Notes: a model not told the origin generated them from the letters alone. A stretch of 64,000 bases of DNA from Bacteroidaceae bacterium (GCA_021443415.1 JABUTZ010000002.1:31534-95533), one strand, 5' to 3'. Shown: positions 19,828 to 29,694, counted from the stretch's first letter. Program-made: numbers and translations.

Positions 19828-21147
19828 TTAGTTAGTGCGACGCGCCACGATGCGCAGGACGAAGCGCGTGGATGGCGAGACGGCGAACGTGGCGGAAGGA
19901 CGGCGACCGACCACCCATGCAATCTCGTCGCCACTGAAGAGAAGCAACTGGCGCTCCTTGTCGAAGAGCGAGAGATGGAGGTCGGTGAGATAGTCGCTGA
20001 CAAGGCGCGAGCCCGTCATGCCAAAGGGCGCAAAGCGGTCGCCCTCGCGGGCGAAGCGGACGGTGAGCGGGAAGGCAAGACGCTCGAGGTCGAGACTGAC
20101 GACGGAGGCATCGGTCGGGATGACATAGCCAGCCGCGGGATGGCGCGAGACGGAGAGGACGAGGTCGGGAGCGACACGCACCTCGCCCTCGAGCGGAAGG
20201 ACGGACGTGAGGACACGATAGTCGTCGTCCTTGGCACGCAGGAGCCAACCCTCACGGTCGCGAAGGAGACGCCAAGTGCCACTCTCATAGACACGGCCCG
20301 AAACACCGTCGCGCTCAGCCCAGACAGCGTCAACTTGCTGAGAGTTGAAACCATAGCGCGAGAGAATCTCAAAGAGAACGGTGCGCGGAGCAGGCGTGGC
20401 GAGGAGGGAAGGAAGAGAAATGACGTTGTCGTGGAGACAACGGTCGATGCAGGATGAGACGGCTATGTCGTAGATCTGCTTCACCTCGGAGAGATGCTGG
20501 GCGGTGAGGTTGAGCGAGTCGGCAATGGACGGATTCAGCTCGGCGAGAAGCGGCAACAGACGATGGCGAACGACATTGCGACGCGCATCGTCCTCAAGAT
20601 TGGTGCTGTCGGTCACAAACGACTCGCCACGCGAGCGCAGGAAATCCTCAATCTCAGCACGAGAGACGCAGAGGAGCGGACGGACGACGGAGACGGAACC
20701 AAGCGGACGCGAAGGATGCATGGCGGAAAGACCAGTGAGACCGCTGCCACGGACAAGGTTGAGGAGAAGCGTCTCCGCATTGTCGTCGCGATGGTGAGCC
20801 ACCGCCACGGGCAGACCGAACTGGGCGAACCAGTCGTAGCGCAGGTCGCGCGCCGCCATCTCGATGCTCTTGCCCGTGCGCCGCGCTTCGGCACGCGTGT
20901 CGAAACGACGGACGTGGAACTCCACGTTCAGGCGCTGGCAGAGAGAGCGCACGAAAGCCTCGTCGCGGTCGCTCTCGTCACCACGAAGGGAGAAATTGCA
21001 GTGAGCGACAACGGGCGAGAAACCCAGTTCGTGCAACACAAGCAGGAGGCAGACACTGTCGGCACCACCGCTGACAGCCACGAGGACACGAGAGCCATCG
21101 GCGAGCAGGGCGTGGTCTGCGATGAAAGATTTGATTCTACTTATCAT
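19828..21147 (-). CDS. tilS: tRNA(Ile)-lysidine synthetase
   Basis: PP-loop VAVSGGADSVCLL. The start was trimmed to the ATG at 21147 (MISRIKSF), which overlaps the ABC-F stop by 11 nt. Confidence 0.88.
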   Translation of the reverse strand: MISRIKSFIADHALLADGSRVLVAVSGGADSVCLLLVLHELGFSPVVAHCNFSLRGDESDRDEAFVRSLCQRLNVEFHVRRFDTRAEARRTGKSIEMAARDLRYDWFAQFGLPVAVAHHRDDNAETLLLNLVRGSGLTGLSAMHPSRPLGSVSVVRPLLCVSRAEIEDFLRSRGESFVTDSTNLEDDARRNVVRHRLLPLLAELNPSIADSLNLTAQHLSEVKQIYDIAVSSCIDRCLHDNVISLPSLLATPAPRTVLFEILSRYGFNSQQVDAVWAERDGVSGRVYESGTWRLLRDREGWLLRAKDDDYRVLTSVLPLEGEVRVAPDLVLSVSRHPAAGYVIPTDASVVSLDLERLAFPLTVRFAREGDRFAPFGMTGSRLVSDYLTDLHLSLFDKERQLLLFSGDEIAWVVGRRPSATFAVSPSTRFVLRIVARRTN

Positions 21148-22954
21148 TCTCAATCTCACTAAGTTCGAGCCAGCGCATCGACTTCTCGTCAAGTTCGTCG
21201 TTGAGCGCAGGCAGACGTTTGGCACAGGCGGTAATCTCATCGACCGAGAGCGAACCACCGCAGAGGTCAGCCTCGATGCGACGCTTCTCAGCCTCGAGGG
21301 CTTCGATGTCAGCCTCGAGCGCGGCCATCTCCTGACGTTGCTTGAACGTCAGGCGCGGACGGCGGTTCTGGTTGCGCTGGGACGAAGACGAGTCGGAGTC
21401 GTTGGCAGAGGGACGCTTAGGTTGCGAGGAAGAGGGAGCAGAAGTCTGCTCGGACTCGCGAAGAAGTTCATACTCACGAAACTGCGTGTAGTTGCCCGGG
21501 AAGTCCTTGATGACACCATTGCCACGGAAGACAAGGAGATGGTCGACGACGCGGTCCATGAAATAGCGGTCATGGGAAACGACGATGACGCAACCCTTGA
21601 AATCGCGCAGATACTCCTCGAGCACCTGGAGCGTGGTGATGTCGAGGTCGTTGGTAGGCTCGTCGAGGATGAGGAAATTGGGGGCGCGCATCAGCACCGT
21701 GCAGAGGTAGAGACGGCGGCGCTCGCCACCGCTCAGCTTGTAGATGTACTTCTGCTGGTCCTTGGGGCTGAACATGAAATGCGAGAGGAACTGCATGGCA
21801 GAGAGATGGCGGCCACCGCCGAGGTCAACATATTCGGCGATGCGACGGACGGCATCGATCACCTTCATCTGCTCGTCGAACTCCATGCCCTCCTGGCTGT
21901 AGTAGCCGAAGCGCACCGTCTCGCCAATGACGAAACGCCCGCTGTCGGGACGCACGAGACCGAGGAGCAACTTTATGAACGTGCTCTTGCCTGTGCCGTT
22001 GTCGCCCACGATGCCCATCTTCTCGTAGCGCGAGAAGTTGTAGTAGAAATCCTTGAGAATCACGCGGTCGTCGAAAGCCTTGCAGACATATTCAGCCTCG
22101 AAAATCTTGTTGCCGATATAGGTGCTCTTCACCTCAAGGCGCACCGCCTCCGACTGCTGGGGAGCGCGCGCCAGTTCCTGAAGTTCGTAGAACGACTGCT
22201 TGCGATACTCCGCCTTGCCACTGCGCGCACAAGGCGTGGAACGCATCCATTCGAGTTCGCGACGATAGAGATTTTGCGCCCGCGCCGCATTGGCATTCGC
22301 CACGTCGATGCGCTCCTGGCGCTTCTCGAGGTAGTAAGAATAGTTGCCACGATAAGCATAAAGGCGCTCGTCGTCGAGTTCGAGGATAAGGCTGCACACA
22401 CGCTCGAGAAAATAACGGTCGTGAGTGACCATGAGGATAGCCATCGAACTGCGCTTGAGATAACCCTCGAACCACTCGATCATGCCAAGGTCGAGATGGT
22501 TGGTAGGCTCGTCGAGGATAAGGAGGTCGGGATTGGTAATCAGCACACGAGCCAGGGCCACACGCTTCTGCTGACCGCCCGAGAGGATGTCGATAGGCTG
22601 GTCGAGGTTGGAGATGCGAAGCATGGTAAGCACCTGCTTGGCACGCATCTCTCGCTCCGACTGCGAGGAGAGCGGGTCGTGCCCCTCCATGCATGCCTGA
22701 AGGACGGTGGAGCCTGGGGCGAAATGCGGAGTCTGCTCGAGATAAGCCACACGGAGGTCGCGACGCAGGATGACACTGCCCTCCTCATAGCCCTCGATGC
22801 CGGCCAGGATGTTGAGAAGCGTCGTCTTGCCCGTGCCGTTGCGAGCGATGAGGCCCACCCGCTGACGCTCGGCGATGCCAAAGGAAATATCCTCGAAAAG
22901 AGTGCGGTCGCCAATGCGTTTGGTCAATCCCTCTACCTGCAAATACGGTTTCAT
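21137..22954 (-). CDS. ABC-F family ATPase (translation factor type)
   Basis: 605 aa with two ABC cassettes (NGTGKTTLLN / LSGGQQKRVALA; DNGTGKSTFIKLL / LSGGERRRLYL), no TM domain and a C-terminal coiled coil. Confidence 0.93.
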   Translation of the reverse strand: MKPYLQVEGLTKRIGDRTLFEDISFGIAERQRVGLIARNGTGKTTLLNILAGIEGYEEGSVILRRDLRVAYLEQTPHFAPGSTVLQACMEGHDPLSSQSEREMRAKQVLTMLRISNLDQPIDILSGGQQKRVALARVLITNPDLLILDEPTNHLDLGMIEWFEGYLKRSSMAILMVTHDRYFLERVCSLILELDDERLYAYRGNYSYYLEKRQERIDVANANAARAQNLYRRELEWMRSTPCARSGKAEYRKQSFYELQELARAPQQSEAVRLEVKSTYIGNKIFEAEYVCKAFDDRVILKDFYYNFSRYEKMGIVGDNGTGKSTFIKLLLGLVRPDSGRFVIGETVRFGYYSQEGMEFDEQMKVIDAVRRIAEYVDLGGGRHLSAMQFLSHFMFSPKDQQKYIYKLSGGERRRLYLCTVLMRAPNFLILDEPTNDLDITTLQVLEEYLRDFKGCVIVVSHDRYFMDRVVDHLLVFRGNGVIKDFPGNYTQFREYELLRESEQTSAPSSSQPKRPSANDSDSSSSQRNQNRRPRLTFKQRQEMAALEADIEALEAEKRRIEADLCGGSLSVDEITACAKRLPALNDELDEKSMRWLELSEIENDK

Positions 22955-22958
22955 AGCG

Positions 22959-22966
22959 CAAAATTA
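22959..22966 (-). promoter_or_regulatory. -7 promoter box TAATTTTG only 5 nt from the ABC-F ATG
   Basis: Exact TAnnTTTG match on the minus strand. The G of the box is at 22959 and the A of the ATG at 22954. Confidence 0.5.
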
Positions 22967-23010
22967 CAAAAAAATCCGTGTTTTTTGGTGAAAGAATGAA
23001 AATAAATGAC

Positions 23011-23018
23011 TAACTTTG
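23011..23018 (+). promoter_or_regulatory. -7 promoter box TAACTTTG for rho
   Basis: Exact match, with TTTTGG 23 nt upstream as a possible -33 element. Confidence 0.55.
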
Positions 23019-23086
23019 CAGAGCCTTAGCGGAAAAAGGATTTTGTTATGAGCGCTGAGGCATCCGATACACCTTATTTATTATAT

Positions 23087-24922
23087 ATGCACACCAAATT
23101 TGAATTGGCAAGCATGACACCCGAAGAGTTGGGTGCAATTGCGAAAGAACTGGGGCTGAAAGTCGGCAAGAAGACTGAACCCAAGGAACTAATCTACGAG
23201 ATACTGGACACTGAGGCCGACCAAGGGTCAAAGCGCAAAAATACGCAACCAAGGAGCGAAAAGCCCGCAAGCGAGAAAAAGGCAAAAGCCAAGACCGCGG
23301 AGAAAAAGTCTGCAGGCAAATCCAAGAAGGCAGAGACGGCAAAAGCAGAGACGGCAAAAGCCGAAACGGCAACCGCAGAGGCAGTGGCACCCGCAACGGA
23401 ACCTGCCGCGGAGCCAGCCCCCGAAAAGCCAGCACCAAAGAAGCGCGGACGCAAGACGAAGGCAGAGAAAGAGGCAGAGACGGAGCAAGTCGCCGCCAAG
23501 GAGCAAAACGCACAGACAGCGGAGGCAAGCGCAACGGCGGAGCCTGTGGCTGAAAACGAGACACCCCAGGCAAGCACAGAGGAGGAGAACGACTTCATCA
23601 TACTGACAGACATACCCGACCTGTCGCTCACGGGCGGATACCGGGGAACAGAGCCGAAGGAACAGGCGGCAGAGCCGAAAGAGGAGCCCAAGCAGGAGAA
23701 GGCAGAGAAGCGCGAACAGGCGCCCAAGAAAGAGCCCGAACAGCCCGAATATGACTTTGACAACAAGATAGTGGGCTGCGGGGTGCTCGAAGTGATGAAC
23801 GAAGGACACGGGTTCCTGCGCTCAAGCGACTACAACTACATGCCCGCACCCGACGACATCTACGTCACAGCCCAGCAGATACGCCAGTGGGGAATGAAGA
23901 CAGGCGACGTGGTCGAAGGTCCAATCAAGCTGCCCCGCGAGAACGAGAAGTTCTTCACCATCGCCAGGATAGACAAAATCAACGGTCGCCAGCCACACGA
24001 GATACGCGACCGCGTGGCATTCGAGCACCTCACGCCACTCTTCCCCGACGAGAAGTTTGACATCTGTGGCGAAGGTAAAAAAGGTAAAAAAGATGAAAAC
24101 GACGAGAAACGCAACATCAACTACAAAGCACCCCTTTCGGTGCGCGTGGTCGACCTGTTCGCGCCCATTGGCAAGGGTCAGCGCGCACTGCTCGTAGCCC
24201 AGCCCAAGACAGGTAAGACGATACTGCTCAAGGACGTGGCCAACGCCATCGCCGCCAACCATCCCGAGGCATACCTCATGGTGCTGCTCATCGACGAGCG
24301 CCCCGAAGAGGTGACCGACATGGCACGCACAGTGAATGCTGAAGTGATAGCCTCGACCTTCGATGAGCCCGCCGACCACCACGTACACGTAGCCAACCTC
24401 GTGATAGAGAAAGCAAAGCGACTGGTGGAGAGCGGACACGATGTGGTCATATTCCTCGACTCGATCACACGTCTGGCGCGCGCCTACAACACAGTGGCTC
24501 CTGCGAGCGGCAAGATACTCTCGGGCGGTGTGGACGCCAACAGCCTGCAGAAGCCCAAGCGATTCTTCGGAGCCGCGCGAAACATCGAGGGCGGAGGCAG
24601 CCTAACCATCATCGCCACGGCGCTGATCGACACGGGGTCGAAGATGGACGAAGTGATCTTCGAGGAGTTCAAGGGCACAGGCAACATGGAGTTGCAGCTC
24701 GACCGCCAGCTCGCCAACAAGCGCATCTTCCCCGCCGTGAACATCATTGCCTCAAGCACACGCCGCGACGACCTGCTCCAGGACAAGATGACACTGGATC
24801 GCATGTGGATACTGCGCAACATGATAGCCGAGATGACACCCACCGAGGCGATGGTATTCGTCAAGGAACGACTGGAGGGAACGAAGAACAACGAGGAGTT
24901 CCTGATGTCGATGGGCAAGTAA
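23087..24922 (+). CDS. rho: transcription termination factor Rho with a large N-terminal insertion
   Basis: OB region [21 protein letters not shown]-loop AQPKTGKT and a RecA-type C-terminal domain. The start is chosen at [15 protein letters not shown] by analogy with the E. coli N-terminus. An alternative ATG lies at 23048. Confidence 0.93.
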   Translation: MHTKFELASMTPEELGAIAKELGLKVGKKTEPKELIYEILDTEADQGSKRKNTQPRSEKPASEKKAKAKTAEKKSAGKSKKAETAKAETAKAETATAEAVAPATEPAAEPAPEKPAPKKRGRKTKAEKEAETEQVAAKEQNAQTAEASATAEPVAENETPQASTEEENDFIILTDIPDLSLTGGYRGTEPKEQAAEPKEEPKQEKAEKREQAPKKEPEQPEYDFDNKIVGCGVLEVMNEGHGFLRSSDYNYMPAPDDIYVTAQQIRQWGMKTGDVVEGPIKLPRENEKFFTIARIDKINGRQPHEIRDRVAFEHLTPLFPDEKFDICGEGKKGKKDENDEKRNINYKAPLSVRVVDLFAPIGKGQRALLVAQPKTGKTILLKDVANAIAANHPEAYLMVLLIDERPEEVTDMARTVNAEVIASTFDEPADHHVHVANLVIEKAKRLVESGHDVVIFLDSITRLARAYNTVAPASGKILSGGVDANSLQKPKRFFGAARNIEGGGSLTIIATALIDTGSKMDEVIFEEFKGTGNMELQLDRQLANKRIFPAVNIIASSTRRDDLLQDKMTLDRMWILRNMIAEMTPTEAMVFVKERLEGTKNNEEFLMSMGK

Positions 24923-24963
24923 CAAGAAGAAAAGCATACAAATCCGACTTTTTGCACAAAAGT

Positions 24964-24998
24964 GCCACCCACAAGTTAATTGTAGGTGGCATTTTTTT
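24964..24998 (+). terminator. intrinsic terminator after rho
   Basis: GCCACC...GGTGGC stem followed by ATTTTTTT. Confidence 0.7.
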
Positions 24999-25000
24999 CG

Positions 25001-25008
25001 TAACTTTG
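25001..25008 (+). promoter_or_regulatory. -7 promoter box TAACTTTG for the RND efflux operon
   Basis: Exact match, 52 nt upstream of the ATG at 25060 and immediately after the rho terminator. Confidence 0.55.
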
Positions 25009-25059
25009 CAGCCGAATTGCACAAAGAAAGCAAAAAACAATAACAAAATAACACAATTT

Positions 25060-26244
25060 ATGGAGAAAAAGACACTTTTTGGCGCACTCGCCGTGTGCGC
25101 AGTTATGCTCAGTGGTTGCGACCAAAGCGCAAAGATTCGTGAAGCCCTCGCCGCCCGCGCCGGTCAGGCGAAGCCTTACAAGACAATGAAGGTGGCTACC
25201 GCCAACCGCGAGCTCAACACCACCTATTCGGCCAGCATACAGGGACGCCAGGACATAAGCATCTACCCGCAGGTAGGCGGTACGCTCCAGCAGCTGCTCG
25301 TGACCGAAGGCCAGCGCGTGAGCAAGGGCCAGACACTGTTCATCATCGACCAGGTGCCCTATCGCGCCGCCCTGAAGACAGCCCAGGCCAACCTGCGCGC
25401 CGCCGAGGCGGGCCTTGCCACCGCCAACCTCACCCTCAGCAGCAAAAAGACACTGCGCGAGCAGGGTGTGATCAGCGAGTTTGAACTGCAGACAGCCGAG
25501 AACGCCCAGCTGACAGCGTCGGCGAGCGTGGAGCAGGCGAAGGCGGCCGTGGAGAATGCGCAGAACAGCCTGAACTACACGGTGGTCAAGTCGCCCGCCA
25601 ACGGCGTGGTCGGCACCCTCCCCTACCGTCAGGGTTCGCTCGTAGGCAGTGCGATGGCACAGCCCCTGACCACCGTGAGCGACAACAACGAGATGTACGT
25701 CTATTTCTCGCTTAACGAAAACCAGGTGCTCGAGTTGTCGCGCAAGTACGGCAGTCTGGAGGCAGCCACGAAGAACTTCCCCGCCGTGCAGCTGCGCCTG
25801 TCGGACGGCAGCGTCTATGAGCACAGCGGCAAGGTGGAGACCATCAGCGGCATCGTCGACAAGACAACTGGCAGCGTGAGCCTGCGCGCCGTGTTCGCCA
25901 ACCCCAACCACATCCTACAGAGCGGTGCTTCGGGCGCCGTCATCATCCCCAAGACCTACGACAACGTGATTGTGATCCCGCAGGGAGCATGCTTCCAGCG
26001 TCAGAACAAGCACTATGTGTATAAGGTGGAGAAGACCACCGAGGACGTGGATATCTACGCCGCCGACGGTTCGAAGACCCGCGGCAAGGCATGGGTGGCA
26101 AACAGCGCCATCATCGAGATTGAGCCCAACAGCAACGGCAAGGAATATATCGTGCACAGCGGCCTGAACGTAGGCGACGAGATCATCGCCGAAGGAGCAG
26201 GCATGGTGCGCGAGGGCGACCAGGTGAAGAAAGAGGAGAAATAA
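25060..26244 (+). CDS. RND efflux periplasmic adaptor (membrane fusion protein)
   Basis: Lipoprotein signal MEKKTLFGALAVCAVMLSGC followed by HlyD-like coiled-coil and barrel regions. The longer ORF 24805.. overlaps rho and the terminator, so it was trimmed. Confidence 0.9.
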   Translation: MEKKTLFGALAVCAVMLSGCDQSAKIREALAARAGQAKPYKTMKVATANRELNTTYSASIQGRQDISIYPQVGGTLQQLLVTEGQRVSKGQTLFIIDQVPYRAALKTAQANLRAAEAGLATANLTLSSKKTLREQGVISEFELQTAENAQLTASASVEQAKAAVENAQNSLNYTVVKSPANGVVGTLPYRQGSLVGSAMAQPLTTVSDNNEMYVYFSLNENQVLELSRKYGSLEAATKNFPAVQLRLSDGSVYEHSGKVETISGIVDKTTGSVSLRAVFANPNHILQSGASGAVIIPKTYDNVIVIPQGACFQRQNKHYVYKVEKTTEDVDIYAADGSKTRGKAWVANSAIIEIEPNSNGKEYIVHSGLNVGDEIIAEGAGMVREGDQVKKEEK

Positions 26245-26286
26245 GAGTTTAGAGTGTAAAGTGTAGAGTGTAGAGTGTAAAATATA
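26245..26286. repeat. tandem heptamer array (GAGTGTA-like, about 6 units) between the adaptor and pump genes
   Basis: gagttta gagtgta aagtgta gagtgta gagtgta aaatata, read directly from the sequence. Confidence 0.85.
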
Positions 26287-26295
26287 AAAAGGGAA

Positions 26296-29200
26296 ATGAA
26301 AGGAAACATATTTATAAAGAGGCCGGTGATGGCGATGTCCATCTCGATCCTCATAGTGTTTATCGGACTCATATCGTTCATGGGACTGCCCGTGGAGCAA
26401 TATCCCGACATCGCACCTCCAACGGTGATGGTGACCACGACATACACGGGCGCCAGCGCCGAGGCGGCGCAGAAAGCCGTTGTGGTACCCCTTGAGGAGG
26501 CCATCAATGGTGTGGAGAACATGATATACATGACCTCGTCGGCAACGAACACCGGTTCGGTGACCATCCAGGTCTATTTCAAGCAAGGCACCAACCCCGA
26601 CATGGCGGCTGTGAACGTGCAGAACCGCGTGAGCCGCGCCCAGGCTCTGCTGCCTCAGGAGGTGACACGCGTGGGTGTGACCACAATGAAGCGCCAGACC
26701 TCGTTCCTGCAGATCAACGCCCTGCGCGCCACGAGCGACGAGTATGACGAGCAGTTCATCGGCAACTACCTGGACATCAACGTCGTGCCCCGACTGAAGC
26801 GTATCGAGGGTGTGGGCGACATCATGATGATGGGAGCCACGTATGCCATGCGTATCTGGCTCGACCCCGCCAAGATGGCACAGTATCACCTCATGCCCAG
26901 CGACATCAGCGCCGTACTGGCGGAGCAGAACCTCGAGTCGCCCACCGGTTCACTCGGCGAGGACTCGGACAACACCTACCAGATAGCGATGAAGTACACC
27001 GGTCGTCTGAGCGAGATAACCGAGTTTGAGAACATGGTCATCTCGAGCAAGGCGGACGGAACACTGCTGAGACTGAAGGACGTTGCCCGCCTCGAGCTCG
27101 GTGCCACCAGCTACACATTCCACGGCAGCAACGACGGCAAGCCCGCGGTTGCCTTCATGATGTACCAGATAGCCGGCGCAAACGCGACGGAAATCAACCA
27201 GCGCATCGACGACGAGATAGCCGAAATGTCGAAGGACCTGCCCAAGGGACTGGAGTTCTCGAGCATGCTGTCGTCCAACGACTTCCTGTTTGAGTCAATC
27301 GCCAACGTGGAGGAGACGCTGTTCATCGCCATCATCCTCGTGATCATCGTCGTCTATTTCTTCCTCCAGGACTTCCGTGCCTCGATTCCGCCGTTCATCT
27401 CGATTATCGTGTCGCTGATAGGCACCTTCGCCTGTCTGTCGATAGCCGGCTTCTCGATCAACATCCTCACGCTGTTCGCCCTCGTGCTGGCAATCGGTAC
27501 GGTGGTGGACGACGCCATCGTCGTTGTGGAAGCCGTGCAGGAGAAGTTCGACTCGGGCTACAAGAGCAGCTATCTCGCCACGAAAGACGCCATGCACGAC
27601 GTGACGATGGCGGTGCTCACCTGTACGTTCGTGTTCATGGCGGTGTTCATCCCCGTGACATTCACCGGCGGTACGGCAGGTATCTTCTACACCCAGTTCG
27701 GATACACGATGGCGACCTCGGTAGGTATCTCGTGCATCTGTGCCCTCACCCTCTGCCCCGCCCTCTGCGCCATGCTCATGCGCCCCGCCAAGGAGAGCGA
27801 GGAGGTGAAGCGCATGGGATTCTTCCGCAAGATCAACCACTACACGAAGATAGCCTACAACGCCACCTACGTGTCGCTTCTCGGCAAGTACAAGGCATGG
27901 CTGACCAAGATCATCAGCAAGCGCTACCTCGCTTGGGGTTCGCTGGCAGCAGCCTGCGTGCTCATGGTGTTCCTTATCAAGAACACTAAGAGCGGACTCG
28001 TACCCCAGGAGGACACAGGTACTGTGATGATGGGTATCTCATGTCCTCCGGGCAGTTCGCTCGCCACCACGATGAGCGTGCTCGACAGTGTGGAGACAGT
28101 GCTCAAGGAGACAGAGGAAGTGCTTCACTACCAGCGTGTGGCAGGTTTCAGCTTCATGGGCGGCCAGGGACCCTCGCAGGGTATGTACATCGTGCGTCTG
28201 AAGCACTGGAGCGAGCGCGGCGGCGGTGACAGCCACTCGACAGCCGTGACTCAGCGACTCACCAAGATTCTCGGCCAGATCAAGTCTGCCAACATCCTCT
28301 GCTTCCAGCCCGGTATGATACCCGGCTACGGTGCCGGTAACATGATCGAGCTCAAGCTCCAGGACCGCGCCGGCGGCAGCATGGACCAGTTCCTTGAGAA
28401 AGCCAAGGAGTTTGAGGCGGCCATCCTCAAGCACCCCGAGGTGATGATGGCACAGACAGCCTACGCCCGCAACTATCCGCAGATTCAGATCGAGATAGAC
28501 GCCGCCAAGTGCAAGCGCGCAGGCATCAGTCCCTCAACCATCCTCAGCGTGCTCGGCACATATACGGGTGCCGCCTACGTGAGCAACTTCAACCAGTTCG
28601 GTAAGATCTACCGCGTGATGTTGCAGGCAGAGACCAACTGCCGTCTCGACAAGTCAGCCCTCGACCGCATGTATGTGCGCAACGGCAACGAGATGGCTCC
28701 CATCAGCCAGTTTGTCACCGCCACCGACATCACGGGACCGGAGAACGAAAACCGCTTCAACCTCTTCTCGTGCATCCAGTACAGCGTGATGGGCATGCCC
28801 GGCTTCGCAAGTTCGGAGGTCATGGATGTCATCGACGAAGAGTTCCGCAACGTGATGCCCGACAACTACACCTACGAGTACGGTGGCATCAGCCGCGAGG
28901 AGCGCGCCAACGCAGGCAGCGACACCACGTTCTATATCTACGCCATCTGTGCGTTCCTCATCTTCCTGATACTGAGCTGTCTGTACGAGAGTTTCATGGT
29001 ACCCTGGGCAGTCATCCTCTCGATACCGTTCGGTGTGATGGGCTGCTTCCTCGCCGCCTACATCTTCAGCTTCATGTCGCAGATGGCACAGGCTTCGGCC
29101 CAGGTGCCGATGATCAACACCGTCATCTACTGCGTGTTCGGAGCCATCGGCGTGCTCGGCATCGTGCGCCTCATCATGGGCAAGAAGATCTCAGCCTTCA

Positions 29201-29694
29201 TGCTGATCATGGTAGCCATCGTGTTCGGCGGTTACTACCTGTTCGGCGACCTGCACCTGTATGAGTTCTCGAACAACATCTACATGCAGACAGGTATCAT
29301 CATGCTGATCGGCCTGCTCGGCAAGACAGCCATCCTCATCACCGAGTTCGCCCTCGAGCGTAGGCGCAAGGGCATGGGCATCGTCGAGTCGGCATACACA
29401 GCCGCCCAGGTGCGTCTGCGTCCGATCCTCATGACCGTGCTCACGATGATATTCGGCATGATACCCCTCTGTCTGTCGAGTGGCGCCGGCGCCAACGGCA
29501 ACCGTTCGCTCGGTATCACCATCGTGGGCGGCATGACCATCGGAACCATCGCCCTGCTCTTCGTCGTGCCGACGTTCTTCATCTTCTTCGAGTATCTCCA
29601 GGAGAAGATACGCCCCGTGAAGCAGGAAGAGGCCGACGCACAGTTCGCCAAGGAGCTGGAGCGCGTGGGCGACTACAAGGACGTTATAGAATAA
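26296..29694 (+). CDS. RND multidrug efflux permease (AcrB-like), unusually long
   Basis: 1132 aa with the canonical IKRPVMAMSISILIV N-terminus and AcrB-like TM and porter regions. An extra insert of about 65 aa lies at nt 29074..29268. Confidence 0.95.
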   Translation: MKGNIFIKRPVMAMSISILIVFIGLISFMGLPVEQYPDIAPPTVMVTTTYTGASAEAAQKAVVVPLEEAINGVENMIYMTSSATNTGSVTIQVYFKQGTNPDMAAVNVQNRVSRAQALLPQEVTRVGVTTMKRQTSFLQINALRATSDEYDEQFIGNYLDINVVPRLKRIEGVGDIMMMGATYAMRIWLDPAKMAQYHLMPSDISAVLAEQNLESPTGSLGEDSDNTYQIAMKYTGRLSEITEFENMVISSKADGTLLRLKDVARLELGATSYTFHGSNDGKPAVAFMMYQIAGANATEINQRIDDEIAEMSKDLPKGLEFSSMLSSNDFLFESIANVEETLFIAIILVIIVVYFFLQDFRASIPPFISIIVSLIGTFACLSIAGFSINILTLFALVLAIGTVVDDAIVVVEAVQEKFDSGYKSSYLATKDAMHDVTMAVLTCTFVFMAVFIPVTFTGGTAGIFYTQFGYTMATSVGISCICALTLCPALCAMLMRPAKESEEVKRMGFFRKINHYTKIAYNATYVSLLGKYKAWLTKIISKRYLAWGSLAAACVLMVFLIKNTKSGLVPQEDTGTVMMGISCPPGSSLATTMSVLDSVETVLKETEEVLHYQRVAGFSFMGGQGPSQGMYIVRLKHWSERGGGDSHSTAVTQRLTKILGQIKSANILCFQPGMIPGYGAGNMIELKLQDRAGGSMDQFLEKAKEFEAAILKHPEVMMAQTAYARNYPQIQIEIDAAKCKRAGISPSTILSVLGTYTGAAYVSNFNQFGKIYRVMLQAETNCRLDKSALDRMYVRNGNEMAPISQFVTATDITGPENENRFNLFSCIQYSVMGMPGFASSEVMDVIDEEFRNVMPDNYTYEYGGISREERANAGSDTTFYIYAICAFLIFLILSCLYESFMVPWAVILSIPFGVMGCFLAAYIFSFMSQMAQASAQVPMINTVIYCVFGAIGVLGIVRLIMGKKISAFMLIMVAIVFGGYYLFGDLHLYEFSNNIYMQTGIIMLIGLLGKTAILITEFALERRRKGMGIVESAYTAAQVRLRPILMTVLTMIFGMIPLCLSSGAGANGNRSLGITIVGGMTIGTIALLFVVPTFFIFFEYLQEKIRPVKQEEADAQFAKELERVGDYKDVIE

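Noticed and set aside
21122-22999. A 625-aa plus-strand ORF.
   Set aside because: It is antisense to the ABC-F ATPase, which has two complete ABC cassettes. It also spans that gene's promoter box.
23194-23809. Minus-strand ORFs of 190 and 193 aa rich in S/A/F/C/L.
   Set aside because: They are antisense to the low-complexity insertion of rho, and the repetitive GAA/GCA/AAG codons on the sense strand explain them.
26245-26286. Heptamer arrays considered as a possible CRISPR or minisatellite.
   Set aside because: The units are 7 nt with no spacers, and no cas genes are present, so this is not a CRISPR. They are retained as tandem repeats of unknown function.
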